From Armatimonadota bacterium (GTDB taxonomy: Bacteria > Armatimonadota > UBA10988), in NCBI GenBank assembly GCA_016235455.1, contig JACRKZ010000079.1:8476-72475 (forward strand): DNA of 64,000 nucleotides. Direction: 5' to 3'. Positions 56,601 through 64,000 of this stretch are shown piece after piece. The position numbers and the translations under genes are program-made. The notes under the pieces are model-generated. The model ran no database searches and was not told the DNA's origin. It was given only the letters and a program-made list of their open reading frames with translations. The stretch's first letter is position 1, and every line of letters begins with the position of its first letter.

Positions 56601-59390
56601 CTACTTGGCTTCCAGCCAGTCGCGGCCCTGGCCGCACTCGGCCTCGAGGGGCACGTCCAGCGCCATGGCGCCCTCCATCTCGGTCTGCACCACGGCGGCC
56701 AGATCATCCGCCTGCTCGGCGGGCGCCTCGAGGATCAGTTCGTCGTGGATCTGCAGCAGCATGCGCAGCGGCAGCCGGTCGTGTTCGATGCGGTTCTGCA
56801 GATGCACCATGGCCACCTTGATCAGGTCGGCCGCGCTGCCTTGTACCACGGTGTTGATGGCCAGCCGTTCGCCCAGTGAGCGCGTGTTGCCATTGGTCGA
56901 GCGGATCTCGGGGATGGCCCGGCGCCGGCCCAGGATGGTGGACACGTAACCCTGATTCTGGGCCATCTCTACGCACTCGCCCAGGAACCGCGCGATGCCG
57001 GGGAAGCGCCGCTTGTAGTCACCTATCAGCTCGACCGCGCCGTCGTTGCCCAGGCCGGGAATGCGCCGTGCCAGGCCGTAGGGCGTCACACCGTAGATGA
57101 TGCCGAAGTTGATGGTCTTGGCGTGGCCGCGCTGCTCGCGCGTGACCTCCTCGGCCGGCACGCCGAACACGCGCGAGGCCACCCAGGTGTGGATGTCCGC
57201 GCCCTGCCGGAAGGCTTCGATGAGGTTCTCGTCGCCGCTGAGGTGCGCCAGCAGCCGCAGCTCGACCTGCGAGTAGTCGGCAGCCAGCAGCACGCCGCCC
57301 GGCGGCGCGACGAAGGCCCGCCGCACCTGCCGGCCCAGGTCGGTACGCACCGGGATGTTCTGCAGGTTCGGGCCCTGGCTGGCCAGCCGGCCCGTGGCCG
57401 TGACCATCTGGTGGAACGTGGTGCGCACCCGGCCGTCGATCGGATCGGTGGCGTCGGCCAGGCTGGTCAGGTAGGTGCTGATCAGCTTGGTCAGCTGGCG
57501 GTACTCGATGACCAGGCGCGGCACGGCCGTCTTGGGCTGCTCGATGTCCTCTTCCTGGGCCAAGCGTTCCAGCACGGCGATGTCGGTGCTGCGGCCGGTC
57601 TTGGTGCGCCGACCCTCCTTCAGGCCGATCTCGTCGAACAGCACATTGCCCAACTGCTTGGTGCTGTCGATGACGAACTCGTGGCCAACGACCTCGAAGA
57701 TGGCCGCCTTGAGCTCCTCCACCCGCACCGACAGCGCGGCGCCCTGGCGGCGCAGCTCCACCGTGTCGCAGAGGATGCCGGCGTGCTCCATCTCGGCCAG
57801 CACGCAGGTCAGCGGCGCCTCCACCTCACGCATCAGGCGGCCCATGCCCTGCTCGTCGAGCCGAGCCAGCAGCTTGCGGCAGAGCGCCAGCGTCACTTCG
57901 GCGTCCTCGGCGGCATAGGGCGTGATCTTGGCCAGCGGCACCGCCTCCATGCTACTGGGTAGCGCGCCATCGCCCGGTTCGTCGAACAGGCTCATCTGCA
58001 CCTGCTGGTCGATCAACTCGCCGATGGGGATCATGGCGCGGCCCAGCAGTTGCTCGGCCATGGTCTCGAGCTTGTAGGCCGAATTGGCGGGGTCGAGCAA
58101 CATGCCGGCCAGCATGGAATCGCACACGACGCCGCGCAGCGGCACGCCTTGCCGACGCAGCACCGCCGCGTCGAACTTGACGTTGTGGCCGCACTTGGGC
58201 ACGCTCGGGTCCTCAAGCACCGGCCGCAACATGGCCAGCACCGTGTCGGCATCCAGATGCGCCTCGCCGGCCGGCGCCAGTGTCGGGATGTAGACGCCGT
58301 GCCCGTCTTCCCAGGCCAGGCTGATGCCCACCAGGTCCGCATCGCGGCCCAGGCCGGTGGTCTCGGTGTCCACGGCCAGCAGATCGCAGCCGGCCAGCGC
58401 ACGCGTGACGGCCAGCAGGTCGGGCTCGGTGGTGACGCAACGGTACCGCCCGCTGCCGGGCGGCGCCAACTCGGTGGGCACCACCTCGGCCGGCGCCGGC
58501 TCGGGTGGCGCCTGGCCCGCCTCGGCCGCCAACCGGCGCACCTCTTCGCGGAAGCGGTTGAAGCCCAACTGCTCGAACAGCGGCAGCAGTCGGTCGAGCG
58601 CCGGCGGCTGGGTGCGCATGGCCTCCAGGTCCATCTCGATCGGCACGTCGCGCACGAGGGTGACGAGCTGGCGCGACAACGGCAGATAGCTCAGCGAGGC
58701 TTCGATGCTCTCGCGCTTCTTGCCCTTGACCTGGTCGAGGTTGGCCAGCAGGTTGTCCAGGTCGCCAAACTCGGTGACCAACTGGGCCGCGGTCTTCGGT
58801 CCGATGCCGGGCACGCCAGGCACGTTGTCCGAGGTGTCGCCCATGAGCGTGAGCATGTCGACCACCTGCTCGGGCCGCACGCCCTTGGTGGCCAACAGGC
58901 CGGCGGCGTCGAGCGTGGTGTCGTTCTGCACATCGACCATGACCACGCGCTCGCCGAGCAGTTGCTCCAGGTCCTTGTCCTTGGAGACGATGCGCAGCTC
59001 GATGTCCTCGTGATGCTGCACGTAGTGCGCCAGCGTGGCGATGACATCGTCGGCCTCATAGCCGTCGGCCAGCAGCACGGGGATGCCAAAGGCGGCGATC
59101 AGCTCGCGGATGCGCGGGATCTGGCTGGTCAGGTCCTCGGGCGTGGGCTGGCGCGTGGCCTTGTACTCAGGGTACATCTCGCCGCGCAGGCCGCGGCCGG
59201 GCGAGTCGAAGGCCACCACCACGTAGTCGGGCTGGTACTGGCCCAGCAGCTTGACCAGCATGCCCGCGAAGCCGAACACCGCGCTGGTCGGCTCGCCGGT
59301 GGCCGGGCTGGTCATGCCGCCCCGAATGGCGTAGTAGGCCCGGAAGATCTGGGCGAAGCCGTCGATCACATAGAGGCTCTTGGTGGGCAC
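56601..59390 (-). CDS. polA: DNA polymerase I
   Basis: 5' nuclease VIDG...FRAYY, YEADD, GDTSDNVPGVPGIGPKTA; 3'-5' exo AVDTETTG, GHNVKFD, YAAEDA; polymerase TGRLAS...NLQNIP, ADYSQVELR, KTINFGIIYG, QIHDEL. Confidence 0.98.
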   Translation of the reverse strand: MPTKSLYVIDGFAQIFRAYYAIRGGMTSPATGEPTSAVFGFAGMLVKLLGQYQPDYVVVAFDSPGRGLRGEMYPEYKATRQPTPEDLTSQIPRIRELIAAFGIPVLLADGYEADDVIATLAHYVQHHEDIELRIVSKDKDLEQLLGERVVMVDVQNDTTLDAAGLLATKGVRPEQVVDMLTLMGDTSDNVPGVPGIGPKTAAQLVTEFGDLDNLLANLDQVKGKKRESIEASLSYLPLSRQLVTLVRDVPIEMDLEAMRTQPPALDRLLPLFEQLGFNRFREEVRRLAAEAGQAPPEPAPAEVVPTELAPPGSGRYRCVTTEPDLLAVTRALAGCDLLAVDTETTGLGRDADLVGISLAWEDGHGVYIPTLAPAGEAHLDADTVLAMLRPVLEDPSVPKCGHNVKFDAAVLRRQGVPLRGVVCDSMLAGMLLDPANSAYKLETMAEQLLGRAMIPIGELIDQQVQMSLFDEPGDGALPSSMEAVPLAKITPYAAEDAEVTLALCRKLLARLDEQGMGRLMREVEAPLTCVLAEMEHAGILCDTVELRRQGAALSVRVEELKAAIFEVVGHEFVIDSTKQLGNVLFDEIGLKEGRRTKTGRSTDIAVLERLAQEEDIEQPKTAVPRLVIEYRQLTKLISTYLTSLADATDPIDGRVRTTFHQMVTATGRLASQGPNLQNIPVRTDLGRQVRRAFVAPPGGVLLAADYSQVELRLLAHLSGDENLIEAFRQGADIHTWVASRVFGVPAEEVTREQRGHAKTINFGIIYGVTPYGLARRIPGLGNDGAVELIGDYKRRFPGIARFLGECVEMAQNQGYVSTILGRRRAIPEIRSTNGNTRSLGERLAINTVVQGSAADLIKVAMVHLQNRIEHDRLPLRMLLQIHDELILEAPAEQADDLAAVVQTEMEGAMALDVPLEAECGQGRDWLEAK

Positions 59391-59494
59391 GGCGCGGCTC
59401 CTGTCGGCTCGCCAAGGATACGCGAGGTTGGGGCTGTGCGCCAGAGTCAGAGTGGCAGTTGACGACGCGGCGTAGCGTTAAGCAGACTGAGACC

Positions 59495-59773
59495 ATGGGT
59501 GGCATCTACTTCCGCAGGCATGCTCTCGATCGAATGGAGCAGCGTAGCATCTCGTCGAAGGCGGTCCGCGAGGCCTTGGCCGAAGGCGAGACCATCGAAG
59601 AGGACACGGAAAGCACTCCCTTTCCCAGCCGGCTCGTTCTGGGCTACACTGGACCTGTAGCCTTGCATATCGTGGTCTCCGAGGCACCGGATGGGAGCAT
59701 CTTCGTCGTAACTGCCTATCGGCCTGATCTGTATCGGTGGCAGCCAGATTGGCGCACCAGGAGGAAACCGTGA
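59495..59773 (+). CDS. DUF4258-family protein (predicted RelE-like toxin)
   Basis: RHALDRMEQRSI...LVLG...ALHIVV...VVTAYRPD...W...RTR; more A/T-rich codons than its neighbours. Confidence 0.8.
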   Translation: MGGIYFRRHALDRMEQRSISSKAVREALAEGETIEEDTESTPFPSRLVLGYTGPVALHIVVSEAPDGSIFVVTAYRPDLYRWQPDWRTRRKP

Positions 59774-60000
59774 AGTGCGTGATATGTGGTATTGGCGATC
59801 TGGTCGACGGCACGACCATCGTGACGCGTCAGCGTGCGGACACCATTGTGGTGCTCAAGGACGTCCCGGTCCTCGTCTGCGATAACTGCGGCGAGGAGTA
59901 TCTGGACGAAGCCACCACCGACACCGTCCAGGAGATGGCCGACACCGCGGCGGTTGCCGGTGTCGAGGTCGTGGTGCGCGCGTTCCACCAAGCGGCCTGA
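59770..60000 (+). CDS. YgiT/MqsA-type zinc-finger protein (predicted antitoxin, no HTH)
   Basis: GTGA overlap; MKCVIC...VVLKDVPVLVCDNCGEEYLD; 76 aa. Confidence 0.85.
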   Translation: MKCVICGIGDLVDGTTIVTRQRADTIVVLKDVPVLVCDNCGEEYLDEATTDTVQEMADTAAVAGVEVVVRAFHQAA

Positions 60001-60052
60001 GTTCGCTCATCGACGCAGAGGACTCTGTCGCGCTGCGGCCAATCCACTGCCC

Positions 60053-62350
60053 ATGCGCACGCTCAGACTGCTTCCAGCCATCATCCTCGCCCTGACCGCG
60101 GCCTTCACGGCCGAACCGACCCGCGACGAGGTCCTGGCCACGGCACTACCCGCCGCCGACCGCTCCTTCCGGTCGGCGACCACAGAGCCGCCGCCGCCCA
60201 ACCTCTCCTCGCGCGAGCTGTTCAGCGCCGCGCTGGTCTACGCGGAGGCCAAACGGAACCTGGACCGCATCGCGCCGCTGCTCGACCGCGCGGCATCCAT
60301 GCAAGACACCGACCCGGCCAGCCGCGGTTACGGCAACTTCCACTGGTATTTCAAGCAGACCGAGGTGCAGGACTACAACGCCGTGGACTTCGCCATGCAG
60401 CACGCCACGCTGCTCTGGCGGCTACATCGCGACGAACTGCCAGCCGACGCGCGGACCAAGCTCAAGGCGCTGCTGGACCTGAGCACCGAGGGCTGCCTGC
60501 GGCATCGGGTCAACCCCAACTACACCAACATCGCCCTGATGAACGCGGGCAACCTGATCCTCCTGGGCGAGCTGCTCGACCGCGCGCCGGTGGCCGACGA
60601 GGGCTACCGGCGGCTGGACAATGCGGCCCGCGACATCTGGGACAACGGCATCCATGAGTACCTGAGCCCAACCTACTACGGGGTCGACCTGATCGATCTG
60701 GCGCTCATCGAGGCCCATGCCCAGCGGCCCGCCGGCGTGGCCACCGCGCGCGCCCTGCTCGCCGTGTTCGGCGACCAGGTGGCCGCCTCGTGGTTCGAGC
60801 CGAACCTGCGGCTGGGCGGGCCGTGCAGCCGCGACTACGACTACCTGCGCGGCCTGGGCATGTTGCATACGCCGCTGTGGGTCTGGGGCTGGCCCATCGG
60901 CCGCGTCTCGGGCGGCGTCGATGCCGTGGCCGCGATGCTGACCCGCTGGCGGCCCAGTGCCGAGTTGATGGCCCGGCCGGCGGCGGCGCTGCCCAGACTG
61001 GCCCGCGGTAAGTTCGGGCCGGCGCTACGCGAGGCCTGGACCCAGTATGTGGAGGCCGATGTCTCGCTGGGCTCGGCTGGCACCAGCTACCACAACATGG
61101 ATATCCCGCTGTGCGTTCAGTTCGCCGGCGGCAGCCAGCAGGTACGCGGCTACTTCATCGCCGACGGCCGTCACGACCCGTATGGCAAGGTGCGGATCCC
61201 CGAGTCGAGCGGCGGTCATGAGAAGACGCTACACCTGCTGCCCTTCTGGGCCGCCGCGCAGACCCGGCACGATGCGCTGGCCTACGTGGCCTACCGCCCG
61301 CAGGACGTGCCGGCCGGCACCAAGACGCTCGAATCGCACATGGTGCTGCCCCGCAACGTCGACTCCATCTGGCTCGACGACGAGCGCCTGAAGGTCGATG
61401 GCAAGGCCTGGCAGGTCGTCGTGCCGCCAGGCACCGCCGTCACGCTGCGCCGCGGCACCGCGGCGGTCAGCCTGAAGGTACTCGCCGCGCGCGGCTGTGA
61501 TGGCAAGCCGGCGCCGGTCACGCTGGGCGATGACGGCAATGCGTTCGACGCGCTACGACTGACCATCACCCACGCCGCCCAGGATGCCACCGGCGGCCAG
61601 GCCGCCGCGGTCCTGTGGGTCCGGGTCGCCGGCGGCATCGCCAACGCCGAGACCGAGTTCATCGCGCGCCGCGACTTCATCAAGGCCGCGGGATCGTGCG
61701 AACTGGGCGCCGACAGCGCCAAGGCGCGTGCGACAGGCCACGATGGCGACCTGGCGCTCGACGTCGCGCCCAAGTGGGGACCGGTCAGGCTGACGCCTAC
61801 ACCGAGCCGCGCGGTGCTGGAAGTCAACGGCGTCGATGTGGGCCGGCAGCGGCTGGCCCAAGTTGAGCCGTTCGCCAGCTTCGCCACCGAGCAGGCTCGG
61901 CTACCGCGGGTCGACCTCGCCGCCGACCGTGACACGATGCTCGAAGCGGAGTCCGGGCAGGTCCGCGCCAACCTGACCATCGCCGACGACCCCGCCGCCT
62001 CGGGCGGCAATTACGTCTGGTGTCCCGGCGAGCCCGGCGGCAAGGGCGGCGCCAGTGGCTCCATCCGTTGGCGCATCCGGCTGGCCGCGGCGGCGCGGCT
62101 GTATGGCTTCGGCCGCGTCATCGCGCCCACGCCCGACGATGACTCGTTCTACTTCGCCGTCTCTCGACCCGACCAGGACGTCGCCGAGCCGCTGACCTGG
62201 TCCACCGGCACGCACGCGAACTGGGAGTGGTCGCCGCTCGGCGCGCTCGACCTGCCGGCCGGTGAGAGCATCCTCGAGATCCGTGGCCGTGAGGACGGCA
62301 CCAGGCTCGACAAGCTGGTCTTCTCGCCGCGCGCCGACACGCCGCGATGA
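60053..62350 (+). CDS. Large secreted protein, possibly polysaccharide-lyase-like, with C-terminal CBM6/35-like domain
   Basis: Start MRTLRLLP at 60053; signal peptide; helical N-domain with NYTNIALM and GIHEYLSPTYY; C-terminal MLEAESG...ASGGNYV...DDDSFY...REDGTRLDKLVF. Confidence 0.55.
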   Translation: MRTLRLLPAIILALTAAFTAEPTRDEVLATALPAADRSFRSATTEPPPPNLSSRELFSAALVYAEAKRNLDRIAPLLDRAASMQDTDPASRGYGNFHWYFKQTEVQDYNAVDFAMQHATLLWRLHRDELPADARTKLKALLDLSTEGCLRHRVNPNYTNIALMNAGNLILLGELLDRAPVADEGYRRLDNAARDIWDNGIHEYLSPTYYGVDLIDLALIEAHAQRPAGVATARALLAVFGDQVAASWFEPNLRLGGPCSRDYDYLRGLGMLHTPLWVWGWPIGRVSGGVDAVAAMLTRWRPSAELMARPAAALPRLARGKFGPALREAWTQYVEADVSLGSAGTSYHNMDIPLCVQFAGGSQQVRGYFIADGRHDPYGKVRIPESSGGHEKTLHLLPFWAAAQTRHDALAYVAYRPQDVPAGTKTLESHMVLPRNVDSIWLDDERLKVDGKAWQVVVPPGTAVTLRRGTAAVSLKVLAARGCDGKPAPVTLGDDGNAFDALRLTITHAAQDATGGQAAAVLWVRVAGGIANAETEFIARRDFIKAAGSCELGADSAKARATGHDGDLALDVAPKWGPVRLTPTPSRAVLEVNGVDVGRQRLAQVEPFASFATEQARLPRVDLAADRDTMLEAESGQVRANLTIADDPAASGGNYVWCPGEPGGKGGASGSIRWRIRLAAAARLYGFGRVIAPTPDDDSFYFAVSRPDQDVAEPLTWSTGTHANWEWSPLGALDLPAGESILEIRGREDGTRLDKLVFSPRADTPR

Positions 62351-63035
62351 CCAGCAGGACCCGCATCGCCATCGTCGCGGCGGCCGGCCGAGGCACGCGG
62401 TTTGGCGCCGCCGGCACCAAAGTGCTGGCCGACATCGCTGGTCGGCCGTGCGTACAACGCGTGCTCGACTGCGTAGAGGCGGCGTTGGGCGAGCACCACC
62501 AACTGCTGGTGGTGGGCCACGAGGCGGAACGCGTCGTGGCCAAGGTCGGCGCGGCGGTCCACCGACGCTTCGTCCACCAGCCCGAGCAGCGCGGCACCGG
62601 CCATGCCCTGGCGGTGGCGCTGGCGCAAGTGGACGCCGACGACGCCGACGTCTACCCACCAGCCGCCAGGGCCGCGTGGTGCGCTACGCCGAGCATCCGG
62701 TCGCCATCGTGGAACACAAGACAATCGCCGCGCTTGACGGCCGGCTGTCGCTGCCGGGCGGCAGCTGGACGCGCGACGACCTGCTGGCCGTGCGCGAGGT
62801 GAATGTCTCGACCTACGCCTGGCGACTGGCGGACCTGCGGCGCCTGGTGCCCGCGCTCAGCGCCGACGCCGCGCAGGCCGAGGTGCTCGTGACCGATCTG
62901 GTGCGGCTGTTCGTCGAGGACGGCCTGGCCGTGCGAGGCCTGCCGCTGGACGACGCGCGCGAGGGGCTGGGCATCGACACGCCCGAGCAGTGGCGAACCG
63001 TGGCCGCGTTGGCCGGCGAGATGGGAGTACGGTAA
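62347..63035 (+). pseudogene. GlmU-N-terminal-like sugar-1-phosphate nucleotidyltransferase, frameshifted near 62655
   Basis: First frame: IVAAAGRGTRF...KVLADIAGRP...VVGHEAE...QPEQRGTGHA. -1 frame continues PTSRQGRVVR...AIVEHK...EVNVSTY...VTDLV...GIDTPEQ to TAA 63035. The GDxP motif is absent from both frames. Confidence 0.75.
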
Positions 63036-63037
63036 CG

Positions 63038-64000
63038 ATGGCGGTGTGGCGATCGGCGACCCAATGGCAGCGGCTCCTGGCCCAGGATGTGCCCTTGCCG
63101 GAGACCTGCACGGCGCTCTACGGCCCCGAGACGGCCAACTGGCCGGCGCGGACCGCGCAATGGGCGCGCGCGGTGGCCCTGTGGCGCCGGGCCTATGGCG
63201 ACGGCGAGATGCTGCTCAGCCGCGCACCAGCCCGGCTCTCGCTCAACCCGCACTCGGACCACCAAGGTATCTACGTGCTCTATGCCTGCCACCAGCGCGA
63301 AGTGGTGGTCGCCGCCGGCCGGCGTGATGACGGGCGGGTCGTGCTCAGCCATGCCGACCCGGCCTACCAGGGCGATCTGAGCTTCGACCTGACTACCGAG
63401 ATGGCGCGCGACGCGGCCGCCTGGGACCGTGGCTGGCGAGACTACATCGAGGCCGATGCGGTGCGGCACGCCGTCGACGAGTTGCGCGACCCCAGGGGAC
63501 GCGCCAGCGGCCGTACCGGCAGCCTGAACTACGTCAAGGCGGCGCTGCTGCGCCTGGCACGGCGGTTCCCAGGTTGCCTTGGCGGGCTCAATCTGCTGCT
63601 CGCGGGCGACATCCCGCCGGCCGCGGGCATGAGCTCGTCGAGCGCCATCGTCGTGGCCTCGGCGCTCGCCGCCTTGGCTGCCGCCGGTCTGTCCATGGAC
63701 CGCGCCGAACTCACCGAACTGCTGGGCGAGGCGGAATGGTATGTCGGCACGCGCGGCGGGTCGGGCGACCACTCGGCCATGCTGCTGGGTCAGCTTGGCC
63801 GCTGGACCAACATCCGCTTCGAGCCGCCGCTCGGAGTGCGCGATGTGCGTCTGGCGGCGTGGCCCGACGGCTACCGCCTGTGGCTCGTCAACTCAGGTGT
63901 GCGGGCCGAGAAGTCCAGCGCCGAGAAGCGGCTGTTCAACCGCGGTGTGTTCGCCTACAAGTTCGCCTATGCCGAGCTGCGCCGAGCCTTGGAGCGCCAT
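63038..64000 (+). CDS. Galactokinase-like GHMP sugar kinase (runs off the window end)
   Basis: Not in the ORF track because it is truncated. Read manually from ATG 63038: SRAPARLSLNPHSDHQG, NYVKAA, GDIPPAAGMSSSSA, GEAEWYVGTRGGSGDHSAM, VNSGVRAEKS. Open to the end of the window. Confidence 0.85.
   Translation, partial: MAVWRSATQWQRLLAQDVPLPETCTALYGPETANWPARTAQWARAVALWRRAYGDGEMLLSRAPARLSLNPHSDHQGIYVLYACHQREVVVAAGRRDDGRVVLSHADPAYQGDLSFDLTTEMARDAAAWDRGWRDYIEADAVRHAVDELRDPRGRASGRTGSLNYVKAALLRLARRFPGCLGGLNLLLAGDIPPAAGMSSSSAIVVASALAALAAAGLSMDRAELTELLGEAEWYVGTRGGSGDHSAMLLGQLGRWTNIRFEPPLGVRDVRLAAWPDGYRLWLVNSGVRAEKSSAEKRLFNRGVFAYKFAYAELRRALERH

Overview
High-GC (roughly 70% by eye), gene-dense bacterial chromosomal window with about 50 CDS. 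I found no rRNA, tRNA, CRISPR array, transposase or phage gene. Two stand-alone DUF1559/H-X9-DG prepilin-like genes (FTLIELLVV[I/V][22 protein letters not shown]) and many secreted CAZyme-like proteins suggest an Armatimonadota-like glycan degrader; kdsA, kdsD and gmhA suggest an LPS-bearing diderm (both inferences). Housekeeping genes include polA, typA, lhr, kdsA, kdsD, gmhA, a phosphosugar mutase, a beta-CASP nuclease and wzm/wzt. There are two small toxin-antitoxin-like pairs, a CHASE4-like hybrid kinase and a REC-GGDEF cyclase. The best novelty candidate is an ECF sigma factor (40794-41417) coupled to a protein (41414-42118) that joins an anti-sigma-like N-terminus to a DUF1559/H-X9-DG pilin-like body whose prepilin cleavage site has degenerated. 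Other notable items: a divergent GHMP kinase with a GlmU-like nucleotidyltransferase, two genes that appear broken by deletion plus frameshift (~51480, ~62655), a clamp-motif-like QMSLF insertion in PolA, and several REP-like palindromes. All family assignments come from motif recognition, not database searches.
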